Under the pieces are notes generated by a model. That model worked only from the letters and a program-made list of their open reading frames with translations, ran no database searches and was not told where the DNA came from. Below, one piece after another: positions 38,309 to 51,416 of a DNA stretch of 64,000 nucleotides. The DNA lies in assembly GCF_006345805.1 (NCBI RefSeq), contig NC_043000.1:117304001-117368000 (forward strand). Reading direction: 5' to 3'. The DNA is from Octopus sinensis. Lineage: Eukaryota. The position numbers and the translations under genes were made by a program. Within the stretch, counting starts at the first letter, position 1; every line of letters starts with the position of its first letter.

Positions 38309-39747
38309 CGGGAAGCTTTATGAAAATAAACAAAAGACGAAGGCAGGTGGAAAACAAACGAACAATTGTATTAGTATGCGCTCAGGAAATATAAATAAAA
38401 CAAGTCTTTAACGTTTCGAGCCTACGCTCTTCAACAGAAAGATACACAGAGAGAGAAAACACCGAAAGAAGGAGAGAAAAAAAATGCGTGCAGTAGCTAA
38501 CGAATCAACATGGCGATCTGATTTCGGCCAGAGGTCAAAGATCAAACATGAGACGCGAGAGCGAAATAAGGGGAGATAATAGGGTTGATAAAAGGGTTGA
38601 GGGACCAGCTAAAAGTGCGTGGGAGGGGTCTGGATGTGTGTATGTATAGGGTTGGTGTATGTATTAGTATGTATAAGGGTGTGTGTGTGTGTGTGTGTGT
38701 GTATGAGAGAGTATTAGTGCGTAGATTGGTCTGGACGTGCGTATGTATGGGGTTGGTGTATTGTATTAGTATGTATTAGTATGTATTAGTACGTATTGGT
38801 ATGTATAGGTGTGTTTGTGTGTGTTGGTGAGAGAGTATAAGTGCGTATGCGGGGTCTGGACGTGTGTATGTATAGGGTTGGTGTAAGTATTAGTATGTAC
38901 TAGTATGTATTAGTACGTATTAGTATGTATTAGTTGGTGTGTGTATTAGTATGGCACATCATATGTGATGTGAGTGTAAAAGTCCTGTGGTGTAGTGAGG
39001 AGAAGAGGGGGAGGGGGAGAAGAGGGGGGAGAGAAGGGGAGGGGAAGAAGAGGGGGAGGAGAGGGGGAAGAGGAGACGATGGGGGAGGAAAGGTGAGGAG
39101 GGAGATGAAGGAGAAAGAGGGAGAGGGGAGAGAGAGAAGGGGAGAGAGGGAGTGAGGGAGCAGAGGGAAGTGGAAGAGGGAGGGAGAAAGAGGGAAGAAG
39201 GGAAGGGGAGTAGGGTGAAAGGATGAAGGACGAAGAAGTAGGGGTCGGGGGAGAAGGATAGGTGAGGAGGGGGGATAGGGGTGTTAGATGAGGAAGGGGG
39301 GATAGTTGCGAGACCAAATGGCGTAGTAAGAGCGAAGAGAGAAGATTAATTCCTGTTCACGCGCAAACGGGAATCCGGATGGCCTTTGTGTAAGGACAAA
39401 CCGAACACAGATAGGTGTTGCAAGGAGTGACCGGTGGAGCGGAAATGGCGTGAGACCGGTGTGTCGTTCGCAAGGTGGATGTCACGAAGGTGGTTCCGCG
39501 AACCGGTCAGCCAGCGGCGTCCCGTTTGTCCGATGTACAGGAATTGCAGAGAGAGCAAGAGATGCAATAGATAATATTGCTGGAGGTGCAGGTGAAGGAG
39601 TGGATGATGGGATAGGGTCGATGGTGGGTGCTAGTGAGGCGGGTGGTGTTGGAGAGGTAAGGGCAAGTGCGGCAACGTGGGCGGGAGCAGGGGAACGAGC
39701 CGGGTTGGGAGGTAGGGTCAGGGAAGGAGCTATGGACCAAAAGGTCT
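38308..39747 (-). mobile_element. Penelope-like 3' fragment: GIY-YIG endonuclease, CT-rich spacer and pseudo-LTR with HHR
   Basis: PGSFPCSRPRCRTCPY...FTCTSSNIIYCISCSLC, frameshift, then LYIGQTGRR...HLRDI...PVSRHF. Both ends abut (TA)n. Confidence 0.9.
38405..38442 (-). ncRNA. Minimal hammerhead-like motif in a Penelope pseudo-LTR
   Basis: UCUUU-CUGUUGA-a-GAGC-guag-GCUC-GAAA-CGU-U-AAAGA. A palindromic ACGU replaces stem III, and core position 6 is non-canonical (U). Confidence 0.6.
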
Positions 39748-39754
39748 CGATATA

Positions 39755-39817
<63 letters not shown>

Positions 39818-40035
39818 ATATATATATGCGTTTGTGTGTCTGTGTTTGTCCCCCTAATATTGCTTGACAACCGATGCTGGTGTGTTTATGTCCCCGTTCG
39901 GCAAAAGAGACCGATAGAATAAGTACTGGGCTTACAAAAGAATAAGTCCCGGGGTCGAGTTGCTCGATTAAAGGCGGTGCTCCAGCATGGCCGCAGTCAA
40001 ATGACTGAAACAAGTAAAAGAGAGAGAGAGAGAGA

Positions 40036-40652
40036 GTACCCAAAGTAAGGAATAAAATACTAGACAACTTCTGCATCCGTATCCAGAATTTTCCTCACAC
40101 TTTCTATAAACCAAATATTGTACCAAACTTCAACAAGCTACAATGGAATCACCTACTACAACTGAAAAACCACGAAGGCCTGACAATCAAAGAAGCATAA
40201 AAAGGTAGTATTGTAGTCCTGATGAACACACAATACTATAAAAACCTAGCATTGCCCATATTAGAAAACGACTCCTTTTACGAAAACTTTGCAAACTATA
40301 GACAATAAAAACATTTGCATCTTTAATACCTAAACTTGGAAAAAGCCTCACACAAAAAGACTATATCACAAACGTTAAATGCAAACCAAGAATTTTATAT
40401 GGCCTCCCGCAAAATCCACAAGAGTAAAATAATTACTAATGCCTGCAAATCAAATCCAGGTCTATACATAAATAAATATCCCAACATTAGAAGACTTAAA
40501 TTAAGACCGATTATAGCGGGCCCAGCCTGTGAAACACACCGCCTAAGCAACTTTCTGGACATACTATTGAAACCTTTCCTCAAATACGTTAAAAGTTTCA
40601 TTAGAGACGATCTGTACATGCTAGAGCATCTACCAAAAACCACCAACGAAGA
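40036..40652 (+). mobile_element. Penelope-like RT N-terminal region (continuation of the 36900 element)
   Basis: NHEGLTIKEA*KGSIVVLMNTQYYKNLALPILENDSFY, then RKIHK...LRPIIAGPACETHRLSNFLDILLKPFLKYVKSFIRDD, which are PLE RT motifs. Interrupted at 40655 by a SINE. Confidence 0.85.
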
Positions 40653-40949
40653 AGTTGGTGGCGAACCCTGCTGTACTCTTTCACCACAACTTTCTCTCTT
40701 TCTTTCTGTTTCTGCATTTCGAAGGGCCAGCCTTCTCACACTTTGTATCAGGCTGAGTCTCCTCGAGAACTACTTTAAGGGAACACGTGTCTATGGAGTG
40801 CTCAGCCACTTACACGTTAATTTCACGAGCAGGCCGTTCCGTTGATTGGATCAACTGGAATCCACATCGTCGTATCCGACGGAGAGCCACGAAATTATTG
40901 AAATTTTGCGTAAACACAAATTTTTAATATATGCTGTACCAATTTACGT

Positions 40950-42059
40950 AATTACTCTAACTTAATTATTTTTCTAATCAGTCAACTTTTTCGTTATAAT
41001 TTGGCGTGTTTTTTTTTTTTTTTTTTTCATTGTCAGAAACTGAAAAGAAAAACAATTTCCCGCTGTTTACAATGGCGGAAAAACAAATTGATTATGAAAT
41101 AACAGTGCCATTTCAAATTTATTTCGACAAGTATGATACTCTCCTTATATTGAAATCATGTAAATTCGAAGGACAAATCCGATAGGATTAAGTGAATTCT
41201 TAGAATAAAAGCATCTTTCTTCTCACAATCTGTAGAAGTTGTTGCTTCTATGATGTTTGGAAATAGCGTTTTGGTGTTGTTATTTTTCTGATCCGCGAGG
41301 CTCATTGTAGAGACGAGGATCATGTACATTTCCAACCATGGCTGGGGTCTTTTCCACACAGGTAAGACTCCAAGAGGTAGGAAGTGAACTTTAAAAGTCT
41401 ATGGGGTTATTTCCCAATTGCTAAGGATTTTTGCTTCTAGCTAAACATTTATACGCAATGGAATATCCCAGAAGACCCCTTCACTTAAAATTAATTTCCT
41501 TCGCCGTTTCATTTATTAGGGCTAGTACAACTCTTTCTGCAATAAATTTATGATAAATGAGGCAGATACGGATATTTGGATATATTTTACAGCCATTTAT
41601 TTTTCCTTCATACTTGATTTATACTCAGACCAGGAATTTAAAGTAATCTATCACAATCAACTAGAATTTGAGCATTGCCGAGCTAAAACAAAATTTATAT
41701 TTTCGCAGGCTGTTCTGTTTGTTTGTTGGACGATTTCTCGGTTTGGTTGAGACGCCTGTTAAACACATCTGTAACTAGATTACTACTACATTTATATAGT
41801 GTTGTCGTTTGTTTCTTCTCAAGCAATGCCTGGCTCATAAGGGCTGGTTTCCCCGGTTTCATTAGTGTGTAGGTTCCCCACCTGGATGGGACGCCGGTCC
41901 GTCACAGGTGAGCTGCAAGATGCAAGAGGAAAGAGAGAGAAAGTTGTGGCGAAAGAGTCAGCAGAAGTTCGCCATTACCTTCTTGTTTCAGTCATTTGTG
42001 TGTATCAGTCATTGTGTGTGTATATATATATACACACACCACACACACACACACACACA

Positions 42060-42095
<36 letters not shown>

Positions 42096-42212
42096 AATGA
42101 GATAGGGGTTGTAAATGCAACCCTCCATGGGATAACATATATCCAATATACTGCTAGTGAAGTACCCAACAAAGTAATACATAAATGTTAATATTTCTCC
42201 ATTTTCTTATCT

Positions 42213-42245
<33 letters not shown>

Positions 42246-42329
42246 AGGCGGTGCCCCAGCGGCACAGTCTGAGGTGAACAACTAACTAATAGATAAAAGA
42301 TTTTATATATTATATATATTATATACATA

Positions 42330-42360
<31 letters not shown>

Positions 42361-43330
42361 CACATTATATATATATAATATATATATATAAATTCCTTAA
42401 TTTAACATAGTACAGCGAAGGCTATGGATTTTGACCAAAGCGTATGTTTCATGCGAACACGGGCAATTTCCTTTAGCCATATTCTAGACGAACACTTAAA
42501 TATATTTACGCTCGGATGGTGTTCATTGATAAGAAATTTAATAATTTTCCACATCTCTTTATTAGTTGATGAATATGCCTTTCTGTTAAATCGTAATTTC
42601 AGCATGGCTGGGTCGAAATTTAGGAATTAAATACTCGTTTAATCAAGTCTCCTTTGTTCACATATTTGCAGACGTAATTAATCGAGTTTACTACCAACTT
42701 CAACTTTGAAATCAAAAGCCATGGTAAATCTATCCATCGATTGTCGACTTAAATAATTGAATTGTGTTGTTTAATTGTTGCTGCGAATTCCCCGTCGCCT
42801 GGTTTCCTCGTTTTGTACAGTGGACATCCATTGTGTTCGGTGTACGTCGCGGACAAAAAAGACAAACCTTTTTGTATTTAACTTTATGCAAGAGTTTTTG
42901 TTTCAGATTCCATACAAATCATGAATTCTGTATTTCTTCGAATTCTTACGGGCAGTATAGGAGTTCCTTTCTGGAATTTAAGCTGAGAATTTCGTCGAGT
43001 TCTGTTCCATGGATGTTTTCTTCCAATAAAAGCAATAGAGATGAAGAGCCTGCAAAATTTATAAGTACTGTCCCTTTATCTAAGCACAGATGTAAAAAAG
43101 AAAATAATAATAGGGAGCATGGAGGAAATCTGACTTTCTGCATTGCTATAAAGAACAAGAAGCAGTAAAAAATTTTGAAGATTGATGTTTTCAGCAGCAG
43201 TCTTTCCAAAGTAATCCTTTCTGACGAAAATCTTTTGTGAAATAATATGCCAATGTTGAAGATATTAATCTGGGTACAGTTCAGCTTCTGTTTCATGTGG
43301 ATTTCATTAGACGGTATTTAACAGGCCAAA
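40950..43330 (-). mobile_element. Helitron RepHel (PIF1-like helicase) remnant, heavily degraded
   Basis: PNIIEATTSTDCEKKDAFILRIHLILSDLSFEF matches Helitron N-V-I-E-A-T...V-F-I-P-R-I-x-L-I-P-S-D-L-P-F-E-F. RKAYSSTNKEM resembles RAILAPTN. Confidence 0.65.
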
Positions 43331-43429
43331 CTTCTCAAGTGTAGTAGTCAACTTTATATATTCCAAGAGGTCAAGTTGACCAATATTCTTTGGAGAATGT
43401 CCAACACATTTTAATTTTTTCACTACATA

Positions 43430-43681
43430 TATACAGGGTGCTGTGACTATATTGTCGTCTACATTATTCAAAAATGAAAATTAATACTAACACCTCATTT
43501 CAATAGATATATTTACCAAAATTACATAAAAATATCTTGAAATGCTAAAGAATTTATTCAATCAAATCGCCATTGGCTTCAACTGAATATATTTAATTAA
43601 TCATATATATATATATATATATATATAAGGCGGTGCCCCAGCATGGCCACAGTCTGAGTGGAACAACTAACTAATAGATAA

Positions 43682-43761
<80 letters not shown>

Positions 43762-44742
43762 TCCTCAATTTAACATAGTAGAGCGAAGGTTATGGGTTTT
43801 GACCAGACGACTTAGGAATCTTCTGGAACTCTTCCGGATGATCTCTTTGTTTAAGTTGGTGAATGCTGCCATAATCATTGCCATCAGTTTATCTTTGATG
43901 TTATAAGGAGCTTTGTTGGTTTCTCGCTCAACTGCGCCCCACACATAATAATCAAGGGGTTGCAGTGTGGGGTGTTAGGGGGTCAGATGTTATGGGTGTT
44001 GTGGTCGCAGAAATTGTCTGACAGCCATGACTGGGTTTTCCTGCTTGTGTGGCATGGTGCAGAGTCCTGTTGCCAGGCATAAGGCCTTCTAGCAGCCACT
44101 CACATGACTCAGGGCAACACTACCTTCTCCAAGCACTTGATGTAGGCCTCCGTGTTGTGTGTGAGGCCGTGTGTGAAGGCGAATAGAGGCATAACGTCGC
44201 CATCACTAGTAATCACTCCAAACACCTATTTCTTTACTACCCACAAGGGGCTAAACACAGAGGGGACAAGCAAGGACAGATAAACGGATTAAGTCAATTA
44301 TATCGACCCCAGTGCGTAACTGGTACTTATTTAATCGACCCCGAAATGATGAAAGGCAAAGTCGACCTCGGCGGAATTTGAACTCAGAACGTAGCGGCAG
44401 ACGAAATACCGTTCAGCATTTCGCCCGGCGTGCTAACGTTTCTGCCGACTAGACGTTTGATTTTTATCACTCTCGGTACATTTCGGGGGGACGTAGCAAG
44501 CCAACGTTTTTTCTGTGTCCACCATCTATTCGTAATGGAACTTCCGGCGCAAATGCCAAGCAGTACAGCATGTCGTTTCCAAATTTCTGGCAGAGTGAAT
44601 TGCATCCAAGTGCTGTTTTGCTCACAGACGGTGTCCAACTGATCTTACTGTACGGTGTAGTCGACAAAATCAAAAGCAAACAACGCACATGCGTGAAATT
44701 AAAAATATAAAACGGCGATTTTTACCCATCGCACACTGTATA
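43430..44742 (-). mobile_element. Internally deleted Tc1/maT-like element interrupted by a SINE and a microsatellite insert
   Basis: N-terminus MQFTLPEIWKRHAVLLGI; catalytic WQQDSAPCHT...CNPLDYYVWG; C-terminus VEANGDLIE*. Related TIRs tacagtgtgcgatgggtaaa / tacagggtgctgtgactata. Confidence 0.8.
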
Positions 44743-45137
44743 TATTCAATATCTGTAAACTAATGAGTTTCTTTCATCTCTAATATATAAACTGAGAGAT
44801 TGAGGGGTTTTCTCTGATACACATGATGTTTTTAAGGAATGGAAAAAATCAACTGTCTTAGAGAATCTTACCAAAAAGACATTTACATTCATGTACCACA
44901 TTCTCTAGATTATTCAACAAAAACAGTCAATAGCTTTGGAGTTTACTTTTCTTTTACTTGTTTCAGTCATTTGACTGCGGCCATGCTGAAGCACCGTCTT
45001 TATAGTCGAACAAATCGACCCCCAGGACTTATTCTTTGGAAGCCTAGTGCTTATTCTATCAGTCTCTTTTGCCGAACCGCTAAGTTACGGGTACGTGAAA
45101 ACACCAGCATCGGTTGTGAAGCGATGGTGGGGGAAAA

Positions 45138-45215
<78 letters not shown>

Positions 45216-46605
45216 ACGGGTTTCTTTCAGTTTCCGTCTACCAAATCCACTCGGAAGGCTTTGGTCGGCCCGAGGCTATAGTAGAAAACACTTGCTCAAG
45301 GTGCCACGCAGTGGGGCTGAACCCGGAGCCATGTAGTTGGTAATCAAGCTACTTACCACGCAGCAACTCCTAGTGCTAAAGATATAAAATGGTGACAATT
45401 TACCCATCGCACCCTCTATATATTGAAAACTAGTGAGTTTCTTTCATCGCTAATATAAACTGAGAAAGACAAAAAGAGAGAGGAAGAGACAGAGGTAGGG
45501 AGGTACAGAGAGAAGGGAGAAAGAGAGAGACAAAATTTAAATATGAAGGCTGCGAGCTGGCAGAAACGTTAGCACACCGGGCGAAATACCTGGCGGTATT
45601 TCGTCTGCCGTTACGTTCTGAGTTCAAATTCCGCCGATGTCGACTTTGCCTTTCATCATTTCGGGGTCGTTAAATTAAGGACAAGTTACGCACTGGGGTC
45701 GATATAATCGACTTAATCCATTTGTCTGTCCTTGTTTGTCCTCTCTATGTTTAGCCCCTTGTGGGTAGTAAAGAAATAGGTATTTCGTCTGCCGTTACGT
45801 TCTGAGTTCAAATTCCGCCGAGGTCGACTTTGCCTTTCATCATTTCGGGGTCGATAAATTAAGGATAAGTTACGCACTGGGGTCGATATAATCGACTTAA
45901 TCCATTTGTCTGTCCTTGTTTGTCCTCTCTATGTTTAGACCCTTGTGGATTGTAACGAAATAAGAATTTAAATCAGAAGAGCTGTATAATTCGCCTCTGA
46001 ATATAACACCGGAAGAGGTCATCTGTGCCAGGGAAACTTACAAAAGAGACATGTGCAACCATGTTTCACATTCGCTAAATTATTCAGCAAATGCAGTTTA
46101 AAGCTTCGTAGCTGTTAGTGTTAATACATTTTTGATTCACTAGACTAAGTATTCGCCGGTTGTTGCCAATTGTAATACTAACTACAGCTGGCATTATATG
46201 ACGGCGATAGATTTTCCAACAAACATTTTAACTTTTTTTATCGGATATAACTTTATTCTTGTATGAAAAATATATCATGAATAAACTAAACATATATGAG
46301 CACACTGACGCAAACGTATTCAACTATTAATATAAACAGATTATAACTGATATTAATAAAGGATCAGGCAAGACTAAAAGCGATTCTTTCTGACATTCTT
46401 TCTATGTTAACATTTTGTAACCTTTAAGTATTACTGATAATCCTCTTTAGACAAATAAATGATTTCTGATCAGGTGATATATGCATCGCATTATATAATT
46501 CTTGTTTTGTAATTCTGTAGCTATCAAACAAAAGTTGTTTAATAAATATCAATCTGAACTCCATAATAGAAATGGTAATAGAGGCAGCAGCGGTAGTAGC
46601 AGCAG

Positions 46606-46868
46606 TAGCCGTTCAAGAATTTGGACCTGGAGATCTCAATTTCCAGCGACTTCGAGGGCCACCTCCCAGTGGTGTCGGGCGTCAACGAAAAACCCTCGAC
46701 TACAACAAGACGACCAACGTTTTTTTTTTTCATGACCTTGGAAAAAAAAAGAAACGTTGGTCGTCTTGTCGTAGTCGAGGGCTCTTCGTTGACGCCCGAC
46801 ACCACTGGGAGGTGGCCCTCGAAGTCGCTGGAAATTGAGATCTCCAGGTCCAAATTCTTGGACGGCTA
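46606..46868. mobile_element. GC-rich foldback / MITE-like palindrome
   Basis: Arms of ~122 bp with ~5 mismatches around a ~10-nt loop. Terminal TA on both sides. Confidence 0.8.
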
Positions 46869-48199
46869 AGTGTGTGCGTGTGTGTGTACGCGCGCGAGGA
46901 TTTATGTGTATGTTCCGCCATTTTTTATGTAAGGAAAAACATCTGAAATACCCTACAATCTAGGTTTGTCTTGCAAAAGTCGGCATATTGCGTAAAATAC
47001 TCCGTCTGAGGTCCTTGTTGTGACTTGACAAACAGTACAAATCCCCGGTAGACACAATATCTTTGATCAACAACATCACAATATTGGATGCTGAGATGTC
47101 TATAATAATAATAGTAATAATATTAATAATAATAATAATAATAAGAAGAAGAAGAAGAAGAAGAAGACGAAGAAGAAAAGGAAGAAGAGAAAGAAGAGAA
47201 AGAAGAGGACGAAGAAGAAGAAGAAGAAGAAGAACTGTATCTCTGCTCCAGACTAAATCATCAAATAAAAATTGTCGATTTAATGTTTAATTTCTGCTTC
47301 TACCGTTTACAATGAGGTACCTGATAGAATAAGTACAAAGGCTTTAAAAAATAAGTACCGGTATCGATTCGTTCTACTATAAGTCCTTTCAAGGAAAGTG
47401 CCCCAGCATGGCCGCAGTCTACTAACTGAAACAAGTAACAGGTAGACAAAGCAGTAATAACAACTAATTGTTATAAGATTAAGATTTGAGGACGCTTAGG
47501 ATCACAATATCTTTTATTCTTTTACTTGTTTCAGTCATTTGACTGCAGTCATGCTGGAGCACCACCTTTAGTCGAATAAATAGACCCCAGGACTTATAAG
47601 CCCACTACTTTTTCTATCGGCCTCTTTTGCCGAACCGCTAAGTTACGGGGACGTAAACACACCAACATCGGTTGTCAAGCGATGGTGGGGGACAGACACA
47701 AACAACGCACACACACACACATACATATATATATGACGGGCTTCTTTCAGTTTCCGTCTACCAAATCCTCTCACAAAGCTTTGGTCAGCCCGAGTCTATT
47801 GTAGAAGACACTTGCCCAAGGTGCCACACAGTGGGACTAAACCCGGAACCTTGTGGTTGGTAAGCAAGATTGTTACCACACAGCCACTCATGCGTTTAGA
47901 TAAAGGTTCATAAATACTAGATAATTATCTTTTCAAAGTTCAAAGTCTAGTGATTTTTAAGAGGGGGAGTAGAAATGACACGCTGTGTTCATGCTTTTCT
48001 TTTTAGAAAATGAGGTTAGATAAGATGTGAAGTACTTTTAAGATGAACTCAAGGCCCGTTTCTGCGAAGGTCGTACTAAAAGCTTAATAAATGATGCTAT
48101 AGTACAGTCTCCATAAACTTTCCCTACCAGAATCAATACAAAGCAGTGATACAAATTACAAAATGTGAAATTCAGTAGAAATTATTGATTCGTGAGCAG

Positions 48200-48480
48200 C
48201 TTAACATTTTCGGAAACATTTTTTCACGCTAAGAGTTGCTGAAATGTGGAACAAACTGCGGGCATCAGTTGTTAGTTGTCGGAGCACTGCATCCTTCAAA
48301 ACTTCCATGCTTCCTGAGATTCGCCAACACTACACCTGATTTTCTCCCCTCCATACACACGCAAGCATGTATCTGACTCATACACTGTTCGCTTTCCAAA
48401 CATTTGTACATTACTGCATATGCTTTATACGCACTTTTGACACGTTGTGGTGCACCTGAGCACTGTAAACAATAATTTCA
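48200..48480 (+). mobile_element. CR1-like LINE 3' end
   Basis: FFTLRVAEMWNKLRASVVSCRSTASFK (FF-x2-RV-x3-WN-x-LP motif), then a UTR ending in aataatttca. Confidence 0.7.
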
Positions 48481-49209
48481 TTTTTTTTTTTTTATTAAAG
48501 TATTTGTATCATGCCTTGCTATCATAATGTCGAAGTAAATATTGGCTGCTTGCTGTAAACACATTCCTACTGATGCACGTCAGGTTATATATCTATGATG
48601 GATCGAATTTCCTGTCCCTACCTAAAAGCTTCATACAACACCAATCTCAGATACGTTGCTGTTTACCCATTTACACGACTCGGCAACAAATTCTGGAGGC
48701 CATCTCTACATACCTGAGCAAGTTTACTCTTTTACTTGTTTCAGTAATTTGACTGTGGCCATGCTGGAGCACCGCCTTTAGTCGAGCAAATCCACCCCAC
48801 GACTTATTCTTTGTAAGCCTAGTACTTATTCTATTGGTCCCTTTTCCCGAACCGCTAAGTTACGGGGACATAAACACACCAGTATCGGTTGTCAAGCGAT
48901 GTGTATATAACATGTGTATATTTAGCACGTATAATTACAAACGAAATCAGCAAAGTAGCTGAGAAACAAACATCTTGCCACAAGCCGAGTGGCTTCGATG
49001 CATCTTTTTCATTTTCATTTTCATTTCATGTTCTCATACGTTGCCTTATTTTTTTTCTTGTTTTTGTCCCCGCATGTAATGTGTTGTCCCATCTGTGTTC
49101 GCCCCTAGTGGGCAATAAAATATCAAGGCGTTCGTAAACCCAGGTACTACTGTATATGACACTATTTAAAGAGACAATTAATGCAGCAAGCTGTTTGAAT
49201 CGTATGCAC

Positions 49210-50555
49210 ACCGGGTGAAATGCTTAGCGGTATTCAAATTCCGCCGAGGTCGACTTTGCCTTTCATCTTTTCGGGGTCGATTAAGTAAGTACCAGTTACG
49301 CACTGGGGTCACTGTAACTGACTTAATCCGTTTATCTGTCCTTGTTTGTCTTCTCTGTGCTTGTGGGTAGTAAAGAAATAGGTATTTCGACCGTCTTTAT
49401 GTTCTGAGTTCAAATTCCGCCGAGGTCGACTTTGCCTTTCATCCTTTCGGGGTAGGTAAAATAAGTACCAGTGAAACACTGTGGTCTATATTATCAACTA
49501 TTCCCCTCCCACCAAATTTCAGGCCTTGTGCCTATATATTTAAAGAAACAATTAACGCAGTAAGCTGGCATTTCGTCCGTCCTTACGTTCTGCTCATGTT
49601 TTGAGTTCAAATGCCACCGATGTTGACTTGGCCTTTCACACTCTCGGGGTCGATAAAATAAGCAAGGACTGGGGTCGATGTAATCGACTTACTCTTCCCA
49701 CCAAAATTGTTGGATTTGTGCCAAAATTCGAAATCGATATTTAAAGAAACAATTAACCCAGTGCGTTGGCTGAATTGTTAGCAAGCCGGGCAAAATGCTA
49801 AGTCGTATTTTGTCCGTTATTACGTTCTGAGTTCAAATACGGCCGAGATCGATTTTTGCCTTTCATTCTTTCACGGCCGATAAAATACGAGCCAGTTGCG
49901 CACTGATGTTGATGTAATCGACTGACCAACTCCAACGCCCGAAATTGCTGGCCTTGTGCCGATGTTTGGAACCAATAATTAAAGAATCGATTGAATAATG
50001 CTGTTATCGCCTAAAAAATGAAATAGAAAATAAACAGCATAATAACAGATATCTTAAACATATTGATAAATACGACTCTAACGAACTGGCGAAACTTTAA
50101 GGTGGTCAACTGGAAAACTCAGAGTATCGAAAGTAATGCTTACAATATTTGTTCCAAGGCGGCGAGCTGACAGAATCGTTAGCACGCCGGGCGAAATGCT
50201 AAGCGGTATTTCGTCAGCCGTTACGTTCTGAGTTCAAATTCCTCCGAGGTCGACTTTGCCTTTCATCCTTTTGGGGTCGATTAAATAAGTACCAGTTACG
50301 CACTGGGATCAATATAATCCACTTAATCCGTTTGTCTGACCTTGTTTGTCCTCTCTGTGTTTAGCCCCTTGTGGGTAGTAAAGAAATAGGTATTTCGTCT
50401 GCCGCTACGTTCTGAGTTCAAATTCCGCCGTGGTCGACTTTATCTTTCATCCTTTCGGGGTCGATAATTTAAGTACCTGTTGCATACTGGAGTCAAATCT
50501 AATCCTCTCCCCACCCCCTCCCCCAAAATTTCGGGCCTTGTGCCTAGAGTAGAAA
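49210..50555 (+). mobile_element. Cluster of SINE family D multimers (other copies at 3553-3860, 7024-7260, 16390-16830 -, 31405-31822 -, 44222-44447 -, 45543-45965, 56660-56875, 61337-61715)
   Basis: Repeated gttctgagttcaaattccgccgaggtcgactttgcctttcatcctttcggggtcgat units. Confidence 0.85.
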
Positions 50556-50985
50556 ACAATCTAGATTTGTTTACTTACTACTACTAATCTCTCCCCCTAC
50601 GTCACCTTAGACCATTCTTCCAAATCACCACCCCCGCTGTTGAAGTCCTCTTCTATTCATTATAACTGTCACCTCATGTCATTTTATTATTTGATCTACT
50701 TATTCATTATCTCTTTCTACTCTTAAGTATCACAGGTTCCAAAGTTCAATCGTCTGTTTATCTTCTATTTATCTACCTGATTTTTCTATTTCATCGCCTT
50801 CACTCATTTACCTCCTCTCACATTGTTCTTCAGGTGCACTACTCACATTACCACTCAACCACATTTTCCCAACCTTTCTAGTACCCAATCGCCGTTCTTT
50901 AATCCCCTTTCGGCATTTTTCTTTCTTTTGCACTTTCCTGTTTTCCTGTCCCTTTTTCTTCTTTCGATTTCTTCACCCCCACTTA

Positions 50986-51076
<91 letters not shown>

Positions 51077-51416
51077 CTGAGAATATGTGTCTGTCTGTGT
51101 ATCTGTATATGTGCACCACTACTACTCGAGAACTACCCAACCGATTTCATTCAAATTTTATACGTACACTTCTTAGGGTCCAAAAACATTTTCAAATTCT
51201 TGCTTAATGTGAGCCCCGAGCAATCTCTTAGATTGTTTCGGTATTACGTGTCAAAGGTGTAACGATTACATCTCTATTCTAATATGAGATAATAGTGCTT
51301 ATAATGGTTTATATAAGCCCTCTGTGTTTAGATATGTGTCGGCTTTGATGAGGATTATTATTGACCTTGGAACTTGTCTCTTTCAAATTAATAATTTAAT
51401 CTAATCGCTCAACAAA

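Larger units (their letters stand above)
38101..40035 (+). mobile_element. SINE family C split by the PLE insertion in its internal (TA)n
   Basis: Head 38101-38270, tail 39827-40035, PLE 38308-39747 in between. Confidence 0.85.

Noticed and set aside
51340-51395. ttgatgagg...ccttggaac...gtc decayed HHR candidate
   Set aside because: The core is mutated at both halves and there is no stem I pairing.
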